The notes under the pieces are model-generated. The model worked only from the letters and a program-made list of their open reading frames with translations, ran no database searches and had not been told where the DNA came from. From the NCBI RefSeq assembly GCF_020745735.1, contig NC_083435.1, positions 38,589,090 to 38,653,089 of the forward strand: DNA of 64,000 nucleotides. Direction: 5' to 3'. Within the stretch, counting starts at the first letter, position 1; every line of letters begins with the position of its first letter. The DNA is from Hemiscyllium ocellatum. Its lineage: Eukaryota. The translations under genes and the position numbers were made by a program. This document shows, one piece after another, positions 39,900 through 51,090 of the stretch.

Positions 39900-40700
39900 T
39901 AAGGGAAGGGGTACAACTTTACACAAAGGAAGTCAGAGGGATTCGTGATCTCAAATCAGAGAGAGAAAAAAAGCTCCCCAGCATGGGCTGCCACAAAAAA
40001 GCAGTCGAGGCAGGGGTAGCCAGATTATACTATAGGTGTTTTAATGTTCGTCGAATGCTGAAGAGGCAGAGGAAAAATGTAAAAAACGTAATCATGACAC
40101 TGGTCCAGTGTCGGTGAGGTAATTGTGGGGAGCAGTCACGCAAAAGGTGTCAAGTCGCAATATTCTGACAAAGTTGAAATCAAGTGTGCGCAGACTGTGG
40201 AAGACAATTTGTAGGATAATCCGTGTCCATTTGAGCAGCAGCACTACACGGGGTAGATGAAAGTCGGGACACTGATACAAATGCAAGATAGTACGAGTGG
40301 CAGTTATGACTCGGTGGGAATGTGTGCTAGCAGCTGCAGGAGCGCAGGCGCCTGTATGTTTTAAAACGCAATGTGTGAAGAGCAAAAACATTCGTCCAGG
40401 AGTTGTGTCGAAAAAAAATGGAGTAAGTCCCTCGAGAGGGAAGTGGGATTGGTAATAGTGAGAAGGGAACCACAATAGACTGCATAGGGGAAGGCAAACG
40501 GTACGCTTTGATAATGCACAGTAAGGGACACAAGTAGTTTCGATTAGCACACCGGGGAACTGCCGGTGCTCGGGGCGCACAACCAATGGTGTTGTCGTAG
40601 GACAATCGTTCGATGAGGCGCCCAAGGAGACCGTTTAGTATAAAGGTGGAAATGATGAGGATCCCCATCAACTCTGTGGCAATAGGACAATAGAGCAGGT
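39900..40700 (-). pseudogene. Retroviral integrase remnant
   Basis: FFDTTPG (about 40409) and SNGHGLSYKLSSTVCAHL (about 40230) lie about 58 codons apart, resembling the DTFSGW and SDNGPAF DDE residues; frameshifted. Confidence 0.45.
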
Positions 40701-41049
40701 AAATTTCCACCGTGTGGTTAGGGAAGACACAGCGCAGGGGATCCCCTAACCTCTCGGGGGCGCAGCATAAGCCTCAAGGCAGCTGGGACCCCCCTTTTGC
40801 AGGCAGGGCGGATTGTCGCCCCCAGACACTTGGGTAGGATATTGGAGCGGACCGCGACTGTAACTCAGAATATGGGTAATATCAGAAAAAGGCGCCTACG
40901 CAAGGGATAAAGACAAATTTAGACGAAAAGGGAGTTGAATCACCAACTAAAAAGGCACAGTCCTACTTGGACGGCGATTTGCCTGCTCACAGCGGAGTCC
41001 ATGATTAACAAGGTCGACCTCCCACGAGAAGGCCCAATGAAGAGTTTAG

Positions 41050-42420
41050 ACAGCAGAATAAAGTACAAGAAGAGCAAAGATATCAGTGAAACAGACCCAT
41101 TTCGGTGTAGAAGGGCAGCAACCCAAACCCTACGTAGAAACCGTGCCAAGGTGGGGTTGCATGATCCCCTCTCTTTCTGCACCTCCCCGTCAGGTCCCGT
41201 CTCATCGAGTGACTTTAGGGATATATTAGGTTGCGCCGACCTGGAGCAATGAGAGAAGTGGTGCGTGCGGTGGCCTATGTGTTTCCAGCCAGCTCAGTAT
41301 AAGATATGATGATGATGATTATGGAGAGGGGGACAATGTAAAACTCTGGGCAATTAGGAGATTTGTGGTGGGACGAAATTGGACTGTTTGCCTGAGGGGA
41401 CTTGTCCCCCCAAACGAGATACAGAACGAGAGGTGCAAGTATAATCCTTGTGTATGCAAGAACCTGTGTGTGTGAAGGGCCGTGTGTCATAGCCAAAAGA
41501 GAATGCGCAGGTGCTGCGGGCAGATTGGACTTCATCCCTGTGTAAAGGAGAGGGAGAGAGAGAGTATCATAAAAGGACGGTCAGACAGGTCAGGACAGAA
41601 ATTGTCTGTGTAGCACTTTCCTCCGTTTGACACTTGAGGATTTGATCAGTTTGCGGGTAGTAACAGCCCTTAAAAGATACCCCGGGAAAAGAATCATAAA
41701 GGAACCTGGTGATCCTGCCGTTCTCAGCGTGAACCTGCGCCTTGCAAAAGATATGAACGGATGAGTTGGAGAGAACTACTCGCAGTTGAAGAGACTGAAG
41801 GATTTGGGCAGGAGCTGAGCTTTGATCCCTGTGGGAGGCGATTGTATGTATAATGCCTTCAAGCAAAAGGCGAAGGCAAAGTGCTGCCGACACTGTAGGT
41901 GCGGTGGAGGGCAAAAGAGAGCGTCAGCCAGGACTGTAACAGAGCAAAACGATAGGCAGGCGTGAGCGCCCACAGTGCAACAGAGGGGTCGGGAACCTTT
42001 AAGTTTACAGTGGCCGTGGCTCCATTTATTATTTGGAGATGACGTGAGGAATCCTGGTAGCAAACCTCAGGGAGCATGAGAGTGGGGAAAGAAGCCATTT
42101 AGTTTTTTGGAGACGACATGACGAACCCTGGGAGGAAACCTCAGGGAGCATAAGACTTTGGAAAGAAGATGGGGCGCAGAGCACGGCAGTGGAAGCATAG
42201 TGAGTGAAATGCCCTAATGGAGAGATGAGGCCAGAAGATGAGTTACTGTGTCCTGGTAGAAAACCTCAGGGAGCGTAAAACCTTAAAAAAAAGAGATGGA
42301 GCGTAAGGATCCACGGATCCTCAATTCAATGAGAACCAGGTGAATTCAATGCAGGCTGAGTGAAGGACAAAGCTGAGACGACCTCAGATCCGGCGGTGAC
42401 CATAAAGTGTGTAGGTTTGG
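41050..42420 (-). pseudogene. Retroviral protease, RT and RNase H remnants
   Basis: KPTHFMVTAGSEVVS (PR, catalytic Asp lost, 42371-42418); LQIINGAT..VPDP, VLADALFCPPPHLQCRQHFAF and HYTYNRLPQG (LPQG at 41826-41837); FYTDGS restored by removing 2 nt at about 41093-41112. Confidence 0.8.
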
Positions 42421-42699
42421 GAGGAGACGATGAAGGGGTGTGACCACGGCGTGGGGGATGGAGAGCGGGGTTGTAGGATAAGGCAGTACAATCAGCAAGA
42501 GGAGTCTGTACTAGATTTCAACGGGAAGGTTTGGTACTGACTGGCAGTTACAGGTTGCATGTTAAACGCATCGGAGAGTGTAGCTTCAGCCAGGTAGACT
42601 GGCTGGCATCTTCACCCCGCACGGTTGTCAATACCCGCTTTAGGGACTGGAAATGGCAGTGTCTGTGGCAGGAGTAGCTCAACCCTCCCTAGCCGCAAA

Positions 42700-44560
42700 C
42701 TTGAGGAGGGGGGGATAAGTAGGAGGAGGAAATTGCTTTAAAATGAGCGTCCATAATGCTTTAGCGAAAGAAAAAATCTGTGGACTTGGGAGAAAGGATA
42801 AAAATGGGTTCGTGAGAAGGGGCAGAAAAATGTGGAGGGCATAGACGGAAGAAGGAGTAGGTGGGCCCCCCCCCTCGTTCTTGGCACTTTGTGAACACGA
42901 GGGGAAAAGGGATGGCCTAAACAATCATGTCGGCGGACAAAAAGATGAGTGAGCGGCCGCGAGGAAGAGAGATGGGCCAAGGACCCTGCTGTGTGCTGAG
43001 TAGCACGTCCTAATTGGAGGCCTGAGGCCTGTGACCAGCGGGGGAAAAAGAGAGAGAGAGACAAAAATAAGTGGGGTGGGGGATATTTGGGCAGTGGGAC
43101 GGCCAAACAGTGGACATACAAAACATTGTAAATGAAAAACGCACAGTATGGCGATACGGCAATGCGCATGTTGTTGGTCGGGACGTTATAGTTAATAGTA
43201 AAAGGTACAACCTGTCGAACAAAATGTGGTTAGAGGCATGATTCATATCGACATCCCAGTAACTGAAGAGGACCTGTTCATCGAGTAATGCCATGGAGTA
43301 GGGCAATGACGCTTGAGAGACCCATCGGTGTAGTGGTGGCGCGGTAGTTGAGGTAATGGGGTGGCGGAACGTCCGCAGGCGAGCAGCCCCTTCTAGACTG
43401 TGCAATCCTGCCAAGAGTGAGTATTCGCGCCAAAAGCGAACGGGCACCGCCCCAACTGAGCGTTTGCGCCAAAAGTCAGCTGGCCCCGCCCAACCTGAGC
43501 CTTCGTGCCAAAAGCAAGAAAGCCCGCCAAGAACTAAGGTGACCCGCCCAGAGAAGGGTGACCCGCCAAAACTAGGGTGAGCACGGGACACCCCGGGATT
43601 TACCGTCTTAGGATTCCACAACCGTAGTGTTATTAAAATAAAGGCTCAACCATCCCTTCCTGCGCCCCCTCCCTACATCCAGGTATTCCTTTACAAGTAT
43701 AAGAGTAATTAAACGTGATAGTGGGGGGACAAGCGGTATTTAATCCTAAAAATCAAGACGAGACTATGGAGAAAAATCCCAGACCATTAAGTGATCAATC
43801 CCAAACCGCTAAGTGTAGGGAACAATACTCACGTACTCCGACAGCAGTAAAACTGATTTTGGCTCACTCAGGCTGTCGGCGACGGTCCACTGTACACCGA
43901 GACCTGGGATGAAACATTTGCTGCGACACCTCCGTTCGCCACGTCTGTTAAAAATCACTGCACTCACTCACTCACTCCCTCTCTCACTGGGCCGGCCCCA
44001 CACTGGTTTTCATCCACATACATGCCAATCCATGCATACTGTCGGTGTGTCCGTACTCTCGTCTCAGCCTGTCGCAGTCCCCTGTCCCCAGTTTTAGTGA
44101 CATGTTTGGCAGGGGCGTCCGAAATGACTGGGGCTGTGGTGGAGGTACAGTGGCCCCCTTGCCACTGCGGGTTCAATGTTACTAACAGTTTCGTCTTCCA
44201 CCCCAGGGATTCATCGGCGGTCGGTGGTGCCCAATCAGTAGGGGATTTCCCTAGGGCTATTGTTTGCCGCACTGAATATTGCGGCGAGAATAGGAGACCG
44301 TTTAAAATCTTGGTCATTAGCGCCGTATCTGTGAAGGTCTCTTTTAGTCTCGTCAATATCAGGTCTTTTTGGGCGGGCGCTTGGTTAAATACTTGATCCA
44401 GTGCTGTCTTGTGCACTGTTACACTGTCCAGTAATAAATGAGCATGCCAAGTTACGTCTGTGCCAACCGTGAGGTGCCACCAGGGCACTCCGGGGCGTAA
44501 TGGTCGAAATTGGGTCATTTTTGGTGGTCCAAAGTTCAAGTCCCCCATGACGGATCTCAC
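42700..44560 (-). pseudogene. Probable gag remnant
   Basis: Position between the leader and protease; 198-aa and 203-aa open stretches; only weak capsid-like motifs. Confidence 0.45.
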
Positions 44561-44818
44561 CTGGTGGGTACCGCTTTAAACCCAGTGCGTTTTCAAAAGC
44601 CTGACCTTCGCGTGGCAGATTTCTGCTCTTAACAACCGGTCTAAGGCAAACGCCTGTGCAGGTAAACCCTATCCAGGAGATGAGATCCGCCCTCTGTCCC
44701 CTTAGGATGCTAGCAGCGAGTGTGTCTATCGATAGTTGTCAGAGATAAAGTGCTTACTAAAAAAGAAAGGATCCAATCAGTCAAGTGCGGTCAGCGCTGT
44801 ATTAATTAATTTCAGAAA

Positions 44819-45095
44819 GCGTCCAGGCTCCGTAAGCCACGCTTTACCTTAACTCAGAAAGCTGCGTCCAGGATCCGAAATCCACGCATAAACTTTACTC
44901 AAAAACCCGCGTCCAGGATCCGAAATCCACGCGTAAAACTCAAACTCAAAAAACTGCGTCCAGGATCCGAAATCCACGCATTAACTTAACTCAAAAACCG
45001 CGTCCAGGATCCGAAATCCACGCGTAAAACTCAACTCAAAAACCGCGTCCAGGATCCGAAATCCACGCGTAAAACTCAACTCAAAAAACTGCGTA
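44819..45095. repeat. About 45-bp tandem repeat, 6 copies, in the ERV 5' leader
   Basis: Unit GCGTCCAGGATCCGAAATCCACGCGTAAAACTCAACTCAAAAACC. Confidence 0.95.
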
Positions 45096-45401
45096 TTAAC
45101 GTAAGGCTAGCCATGGATCAATTAGTCACTTCAGTACCGCGAGAACAGGCAGGTATTAGTGAAGAAGTGAGAAAATAGCTTACCAGTATGGACTCTGCAA
45201 CGTTGCTGCCAAACTGATTTAAAAGTACTGTTTGTGTTGGTGAGGATCAGGGAGCAGACAAAGACTGACTAACTAAAAAATTTTACCTACTGGAAGTCTT
45301 TGCTTTAACAGGCGCTTCCTCACCTTTTAAAAGTTCGGCTGAAAGTTTGTCTGCCCTCCGGTCCGCCAACGTGGCCAACTTGCGGTCGTCTCTTTCCCTT
45401 C

Positions 45402-45419
45402 CCACGGTCAGGCTCACCA
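45402..45419 (-). promoter_or_regulatory. ERV primer-binding site (tRNA not assigned)
   Basis: TGGTGAGCCTGACCGTGG starts 2 nt after the 5' LTR. Confidence 0.7.
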
Positions 45420-45421
45420 TC

Positions 45422-46209
45422 TGTTGGGACGGACCCGTAGGGTCTCGTCTCCACGTGTTCTTTGGAAGGAGAGATCAAACCGGCTAGAGTTTGGAGCAAA
45501 AACACTGTTTCTTACAGAATCAAGACTGGCAAACTATACAACGAATTCAAAAGCATGCAAATTCGTTGGAGAAGGCGTTCTGTCTCTCCCTTCGGATCTG
45601 GTGCAGTTATACTTCGCGCTTCCTCGAGTTCCCGGTCAGGTTCCCCTTGTTCGGCTCTTTCATTGGTCGGTTCATCTGTCTGTGAATGGATTAGTGTCTC
45701 TACTGGCTGCCCCGAGATACCTGTCCCACTCCTGCTGTGCTGAACAATGGGTAGACATCCTGGGTTCAGCAGTTTCCAATCTTGTAAATTAAAAGTTTAT
45801 TGTTTGGAAGGGTTTCCTCATTGCCATGCGTCTGGCTGTCTGGGCGTTCACAATAGTTCTCCATAGTTGAATATACAGATATTATCATTTAACATAGGAC
45901 CCGAATGAGTTTGACATCAGCGGAGGCATTAGCAAGTACTTTATCAATCAAGTGTAGTATCGGTGCGATTTACACTATCCGATAGTTACCGGTTTCCTTT
46001 ATTAACAATGAGAGTGTAACAGGATGATCTGAAACTGACGGACATGTTCTAATCCCCCAGGAATGTGGCCCCAGGCAGACAGTCCTGCAGTGGCTGGGTT
46101 TATTTTACATGGCTGTGTTTTAGCTGGTATCTGACAGTGTCTGCTTTAATAATGGTGCTCCCCTCCCTAGCCCCAATGTAGGTACCCCGATAGCAGATTC
46201 TCTCCAACA
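45422..46209 (-). repeat. ERV 5' LTR (788 bp)
   Basis: About 18 differences from the 3' LTR, counted by eye. Confidence 0.95.
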
Positions 46210-46480
46210 GCACCAAGGACCTAGGTTCAATTCCACCCATAGGTGACTATCTGTGTGAAGTTTGCACATTCTCCTTGTGTTTGCATGGATTTCTTCCACT
46301 GTCCAAAGATGTGCTGGTTAGGTGGAATGGCTATGATGAATTGCCTATCATGTTCAGGTATGTGCAGGCTAGGTGGATTAGCTATGGGAAATTTAGGGAA
46401 AGGGTGGGATGCTCTTTGGAGGGTTGGTGTGAACTTGATTGGCTGAATAGCCTGCTCTCAGACTGTAGGGATTCTATGAA
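46210..46480 (+). mobile_element. HE1-type SINE, 3' part (B box and CR1-derived tail)
   Basis: GGTTCAATTCC...GTGACTATCTGTGTGAAGTTTGCACATTCTCC. Confidence 0.8.
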
Positions 46481-46509
46481 TAATTTCTCTGACAGAATCG
46501 TAAGTATTT

Positions 46510-47395
46510 AAAAATGTGTTGCTGGAGAAGTGCAGTAGGTCAGGCAGCATCCAAGGAGCAGGAGAATCGACGTTTCGGGCATAAACCCTTCTTCAGGAAT
46601 GAGGAGGGTGTGCCAAGCTTGCTAAAATAAAAGGTAGGGAGGGGGGACTTGGGGGAGGGGCGTGGGGAATGCGATATGCGGAAGGAGGTTAAGGTGAGGG
46701 TGATAGGCCGGAGAGGGGGTGGGAGCGGAGAGGTCGGGATGAAGATTGCAGGTTAGGAAGGTGGTGCTGAGTCTGAGGGTTGGGACTGAGATAAGGTGGG
46801 GGGAGGGGAAATGAGGAAGCTGGAGAAATCTGAGTTCATCCCTTGTGGTTGGAGGGTTCCTAGGCGGAAGATGAGGCGCTCTTCCTCCAGCTGTCGTGTT
46901 GCTATGGTCTGGCGATGGAGGAAGCCAAGGACCTGCATGTCCTTGGAGGAGTGGGAGGGGGAATTGAAGTGTTCAGCCACGGGGTGGTTGGGTTGGTTGG
47001 TGCCTGGGAACCCTCCAACCACACGGGATGAATGCAGATTTCTCCAGCTTCCTCATTTCCCCTCCCCCCACCTTGTCTCAGTCCCAACCCTCAGACTCAG
47101 CACCGCCTTCCTAACCTGCAATCTTCTTCCTGACCTCTCCGCCCCCACCCCACTCCGGCCTATTACCCTCACCTTGACCTCCTTCCACCTATCACATTCC
47201 CAATGCCCCTCCCCCAAGTCCCTCCTCCCTACCTTTTATCTTAGCCGGCTTGGCACACCCTCCTCATTCCTGAAGAAGGGCTTATGCCCGAAACATCGAT
47301 TCTCCTGTTCCTTTGATGCTGTCTGACCTGCTGCGCTTTTCCAGCAACACATTTTTAAGCTGATCTCCAGCATCTGCAGCCTTCACTTTCTCCTA
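46510..47395. mobile_element. Penelope 3' fragments arranged as an inverted pair
   Basis: About 46510-46866 is complementary to about 47003-47365; GIY-YIG C-terminus HPVAEHFNSPSH...EEERLIFRLGTLQP. Confidence 0.85.
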
Positions 47396-49364
47396 GCATC
47401 GTAAGTATTCTCAGCTTTTAATGCTCTTATCCAACAATCAAAGTTACTTTGTATAACTCTTTCAAACTCAGAATAAGCTTATCCAGACTGTTCCCATAAA
47501 TTCCAAAACTTCTGTCTGTATGCTTTGGGAAACAACTCATTCATGTTTGGAACATGATTTGGAATATGTTTGGAATAGCCCTTTTCACCTTATAATCCCA
47601 AGAACATTGCTCCAACTGGGATACATAACTCTCTTGTGCTTTAGCAGTTAATTTGGTCATTCTTCTGAATCTGCAAGGGTTCCATTCCTCAGAACCCTTC
47701 CGAATGATCACATTCGCCACTGCAGAACTTGATAAAAATAGAGGTTAAAAATCGCAGATATATGATTTTTGCCCGCGGATGTTGATTTTTGTTGTTATTT
47801 ATTGTTATGTCCAACCCGTCCATGCCCACCAGATATCCCAACCCAATCTCGTCCCATTCCCAGCATTTGGCCCATATTCCTCTAAACCCTTCCAATTCAT
47901 ATACCCATCCAAATGCCTTTTTAATGCTGTAATTGTACCAGCCTCCACCACATCCTCTGGCAGCTCATTCCATACACGTACCACCCTCTGTGAAAAAGTT
48001 GTTTCTTAGGTCCTTTTTATATCTTTCCCCTCTCACCCCGAACCTGTACCCTCTAGTTCTGGGCTCCCCCACTCTGGGGAAAGGACCATGTCTATTTATC
48101 CTATCCATGCCCCTCACTATTTTGTAAACCTCTATAAGGTCACCCTTCAGCCTCCGACGCTCCAGGGAAAACAGCCCCAGCCTGTTCAGTCTCTCCCCGT
48201 AGCTCAAATCCTCCAACCCTGGCAACATCCTTGTAAATGTTTTCTGAACCCTTTCAAGTTTCACAACATCTTTCCGATAGGAAGGAGACCAGAATTGAAC
48301 GCAATATTCCAACAGTGGCCTAACCAATGTTCTGTACAGCTGCAACATGACCTCCCAACTCCTGTACTCAACACTCTGACCAATAAAGGAAAGCATACCA
48401 AATGCCTTCTTCACTATCCTATCTACCTGCGACTCCACTTTCAAGGAGCTTTGAACCTGCACTCCAAGGTCTCTTTGTTCAGCCACACTCCCTAGGAACT
48501 TACCATTAAGTGTATAAGTCCTGCTAAGATTTGCTTTCCCAAAATGCAGCACCTCGCATTTATCTGAATTAAACTCTATCTGCCACTTCTCAGCCCATTG
48601 GCCCATTTGGTCCAGATTCTGTTGTAATCTGAGGTAACCCTCTTTGCTGTCCACTACACCTCCAATTTTGGTGTCTTTTGCAAACTCACGAACTATATGT
48701 CCTATGTTCTCATCCAAATCATTTATGTGAATGACAAAAAATAGAGGACCCAGCACCGATCCTTGTGGCACTCCACTGGACACAGGCCTCCAGTCTGAAA
48801 AACAACCCTCCACCACCACCCTCAGTCTTCTACCTTTGAGCCAGTTCTATATGCAAACGGCTAATTATCCCTGTATTTCATGAGATCTAACCTTGCTAAC
48901 CAGTCTACCATAAGGAACCTTGTCGAACACCTTACTGAAGTCCATATAGATCATATCTACCACTCTGCCCTCATCAATCCTCTTTGTTACTTCCTCAAAA
49001 AACTCAAATCAAGTTTGAGAGACGTAATTTACCACACACAAAGCCATGTTGACTGTCCCTAATCAGTTCTTGCCTTTCCAAATACATGTAAATCCTTTCT
49101 GTCAGGATTCCCTTCAACATCTCACTTACCTCCATTGTCAGGCTCATTGGTCAATAGTTCCCTGGCTTGTCCTTATCTTTCATAAACAGTGGCACCATGT
49201 TAGTCAACTAATGATACAAATATCTCAGTAATGGGCTCAGCAATCACTTCCCTCGCTTCCCACAGAGTTCCTGGGTACACCTGAGCAGATCCTGGGATTT
49301 ATTCACCTTCATGTGAGTTCAGCCATCCAGCACCTCCTACTCTGCAATATGGCCAAATTTAAAA

Positions 49365-50390
49365 CACCAGGTTATGGTGATTATTTAGAAGTACTAGGTT
49401 TTGCAGAGGTGCTCCTTCATCAGGTGGTTGTGGAGCAGGTTCATAAGACACAGAATTTATAGCAAAAGATTATAGTGTCACACATATATTGAACAAACTT
49501 AGATTGCTGTTAAGTCTTTCATCATTTAGAATGGGTTGCAGGTTTCAGTTCATTAATATGTAAATCCCAGAAGTTATCTTTCAAATGATTTGAAAAAAAT
49601 TAAGGTTTTATATTTTAAAAAGTGACATCTCAGCTCAGACAATGCATTAAAGATGTGAGGTTAGAGTGTGTATATATTGCAAACTTGAGTCAAACTAGTT
49701 CTATTTCCAAAGTAGGAATTTATAAAATGTTATATGGATTGACTGCCTGCAGATTGTGTGCTTTTGGAACAATATGGAATGTATCTGCAAATGCAAATTC
49801 ACCCGATAGAATTATATTGTGTGCATGGAAGGTATGGAAGGGAGGGAGGGAGAGAGACAGTATGTGTAAGGGGGAGAGCGTGTGAGTGTGTGCATGTGAG
49901 TGTGTTGGTGTGATTGAGAGTGTGTTTATGAGAGTCTACGTTTGCATGTGTGCACCTCTTGGGAGGTGGGTGTGTGTGTGTGTGTGTGTAACAGCATGTG
50001 TATGAGACAGGGTCCCTGTGAGTATGTGTGCACGTATGTGTATGCTTGTGAGTGTGTGTGTGAGAGCTAAAACCTTAAGTTTTCTCGGGAATGTGATTTA
50101 AAGGAAGTTCTGTGATTTACATACTAATGAACTGAAACCTGCAACCCATTCTAAAAGACAAAAAGACTTAACAGCAGGTTTGTTCAACATATCACATCAG
50201 TTGCATGCATGATACTGTAATCTTTTGCTATAAATTCTATGTCTTATGATCTTGCTTCACAACCAACTGATAGAAAGAGCAACACTCCGAAAGCCAGACT
50301 TCCAAATAAACGGGTTGGACTAAAATCTGGTATTGTGTGATTTTTAACTTTGCCTACCCCAGTCCAACACCAGCTCCTCCACATCATCTC
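49365..50390. mobile_element. Non-autonomous Penelope-associated repeat (second terminus family) with a GT microsatellite
   Basis: AACACCAGGTTAT, CCTTCATCAGGT and TGTGATTTTTAACTTTG motifs are shared with 59255-59400. Confidence 0.5.
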
Positions 50391-51090
50391 TGTAATGTAG
50401 ACGTTTTTCAAGATGTGACCATCTATTTCTCGACAGTCTATATCTTCCATATCCTTTTCCATCGTCAATACTAATGAGAAAAACTCGTTTAGTATCTCCA
50501 CATCTCCTGCGATTCTACACAAAAGCTGCCTTGCTGATCTTTGAGGGACCCTATACTGTCCACAGTTACCCTTTTGTCCTTACTGTATTTATAAAATCCC
50601 ATTGGATTCTCCCTAACTCTTTTTGTCAAAGCTATCTTATGTCCCCTTTCTGCCCTCCTGATTTCCCCCTTAACTATACTCAATACTGCTCTAAGGATTC
50701 ACTTGATATGTTTCTGCCTTACATATGCTTCTTCTTTTTCTTAACCAAACTCTCAATGTCGCTAGTCATCCAGCAGTCCCTATACCTATCAGCCGTTTCT
50801 TTCACCCTGACAGGAATATACTTTCTCTGGATTCTCATTATCTCACTTCTGAACACTTCCCATTTTCCAGCCGTCCCTTTATCTGCGAACATCTGCCTCC
50901 AATCAGCTTTCGAAAGTTATTGCCTAATACCGTCAAAATTAGCCTTCCTCCAATTTAGAACTTCAACTTTTAGATCTGGTCTATCCTTTTCCATCATTAT
51001 TTTAAAACGAATAGAATTATGGTCACTGGCCCCAAATTGCTCTCCCACTGACACCTCAGTCACCTGCCCTGCCTTACTTCCCACGAGTAG

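Larger units (their letters stand above)
37324..46209 (-). mobile_element. Class I (gamma/epsilon-like) endogenous retrovirus; intact cis elements, decayed gag-pro-pol-env
   Basis: Two TGTTG...CAACA LTRs; PBS; PPT; GCTC/GCAC 4-bp TSD with one mismatch; remnants of PR, RT (YTYNRLPQG), RNase H, IN and env (CX6CC) in retroviral order. Confidence 0.88.

Noticed and set aside
40940-41182. Hydrophobic ORF resembling HBV surface protein (FLRR...LLFLYFILL)
   Set aside because: It is an alternative frame overlapping the RNase H remnant; only compositional similarity.
43010-43621. Apparent hepadnavirus polymerase similarity (LW-x15-FGGSPFS like the terminal protein; YWDVDMNHA like RT motif A)
   Set aside because: The FGGSPFS stretch arises from short GGCGGGTCACC DNA repeats, no PMG or YMDD follows, and true retroviral PR and RT motifs lie downstream at 41700-42420. 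The segment occupies the gag position.
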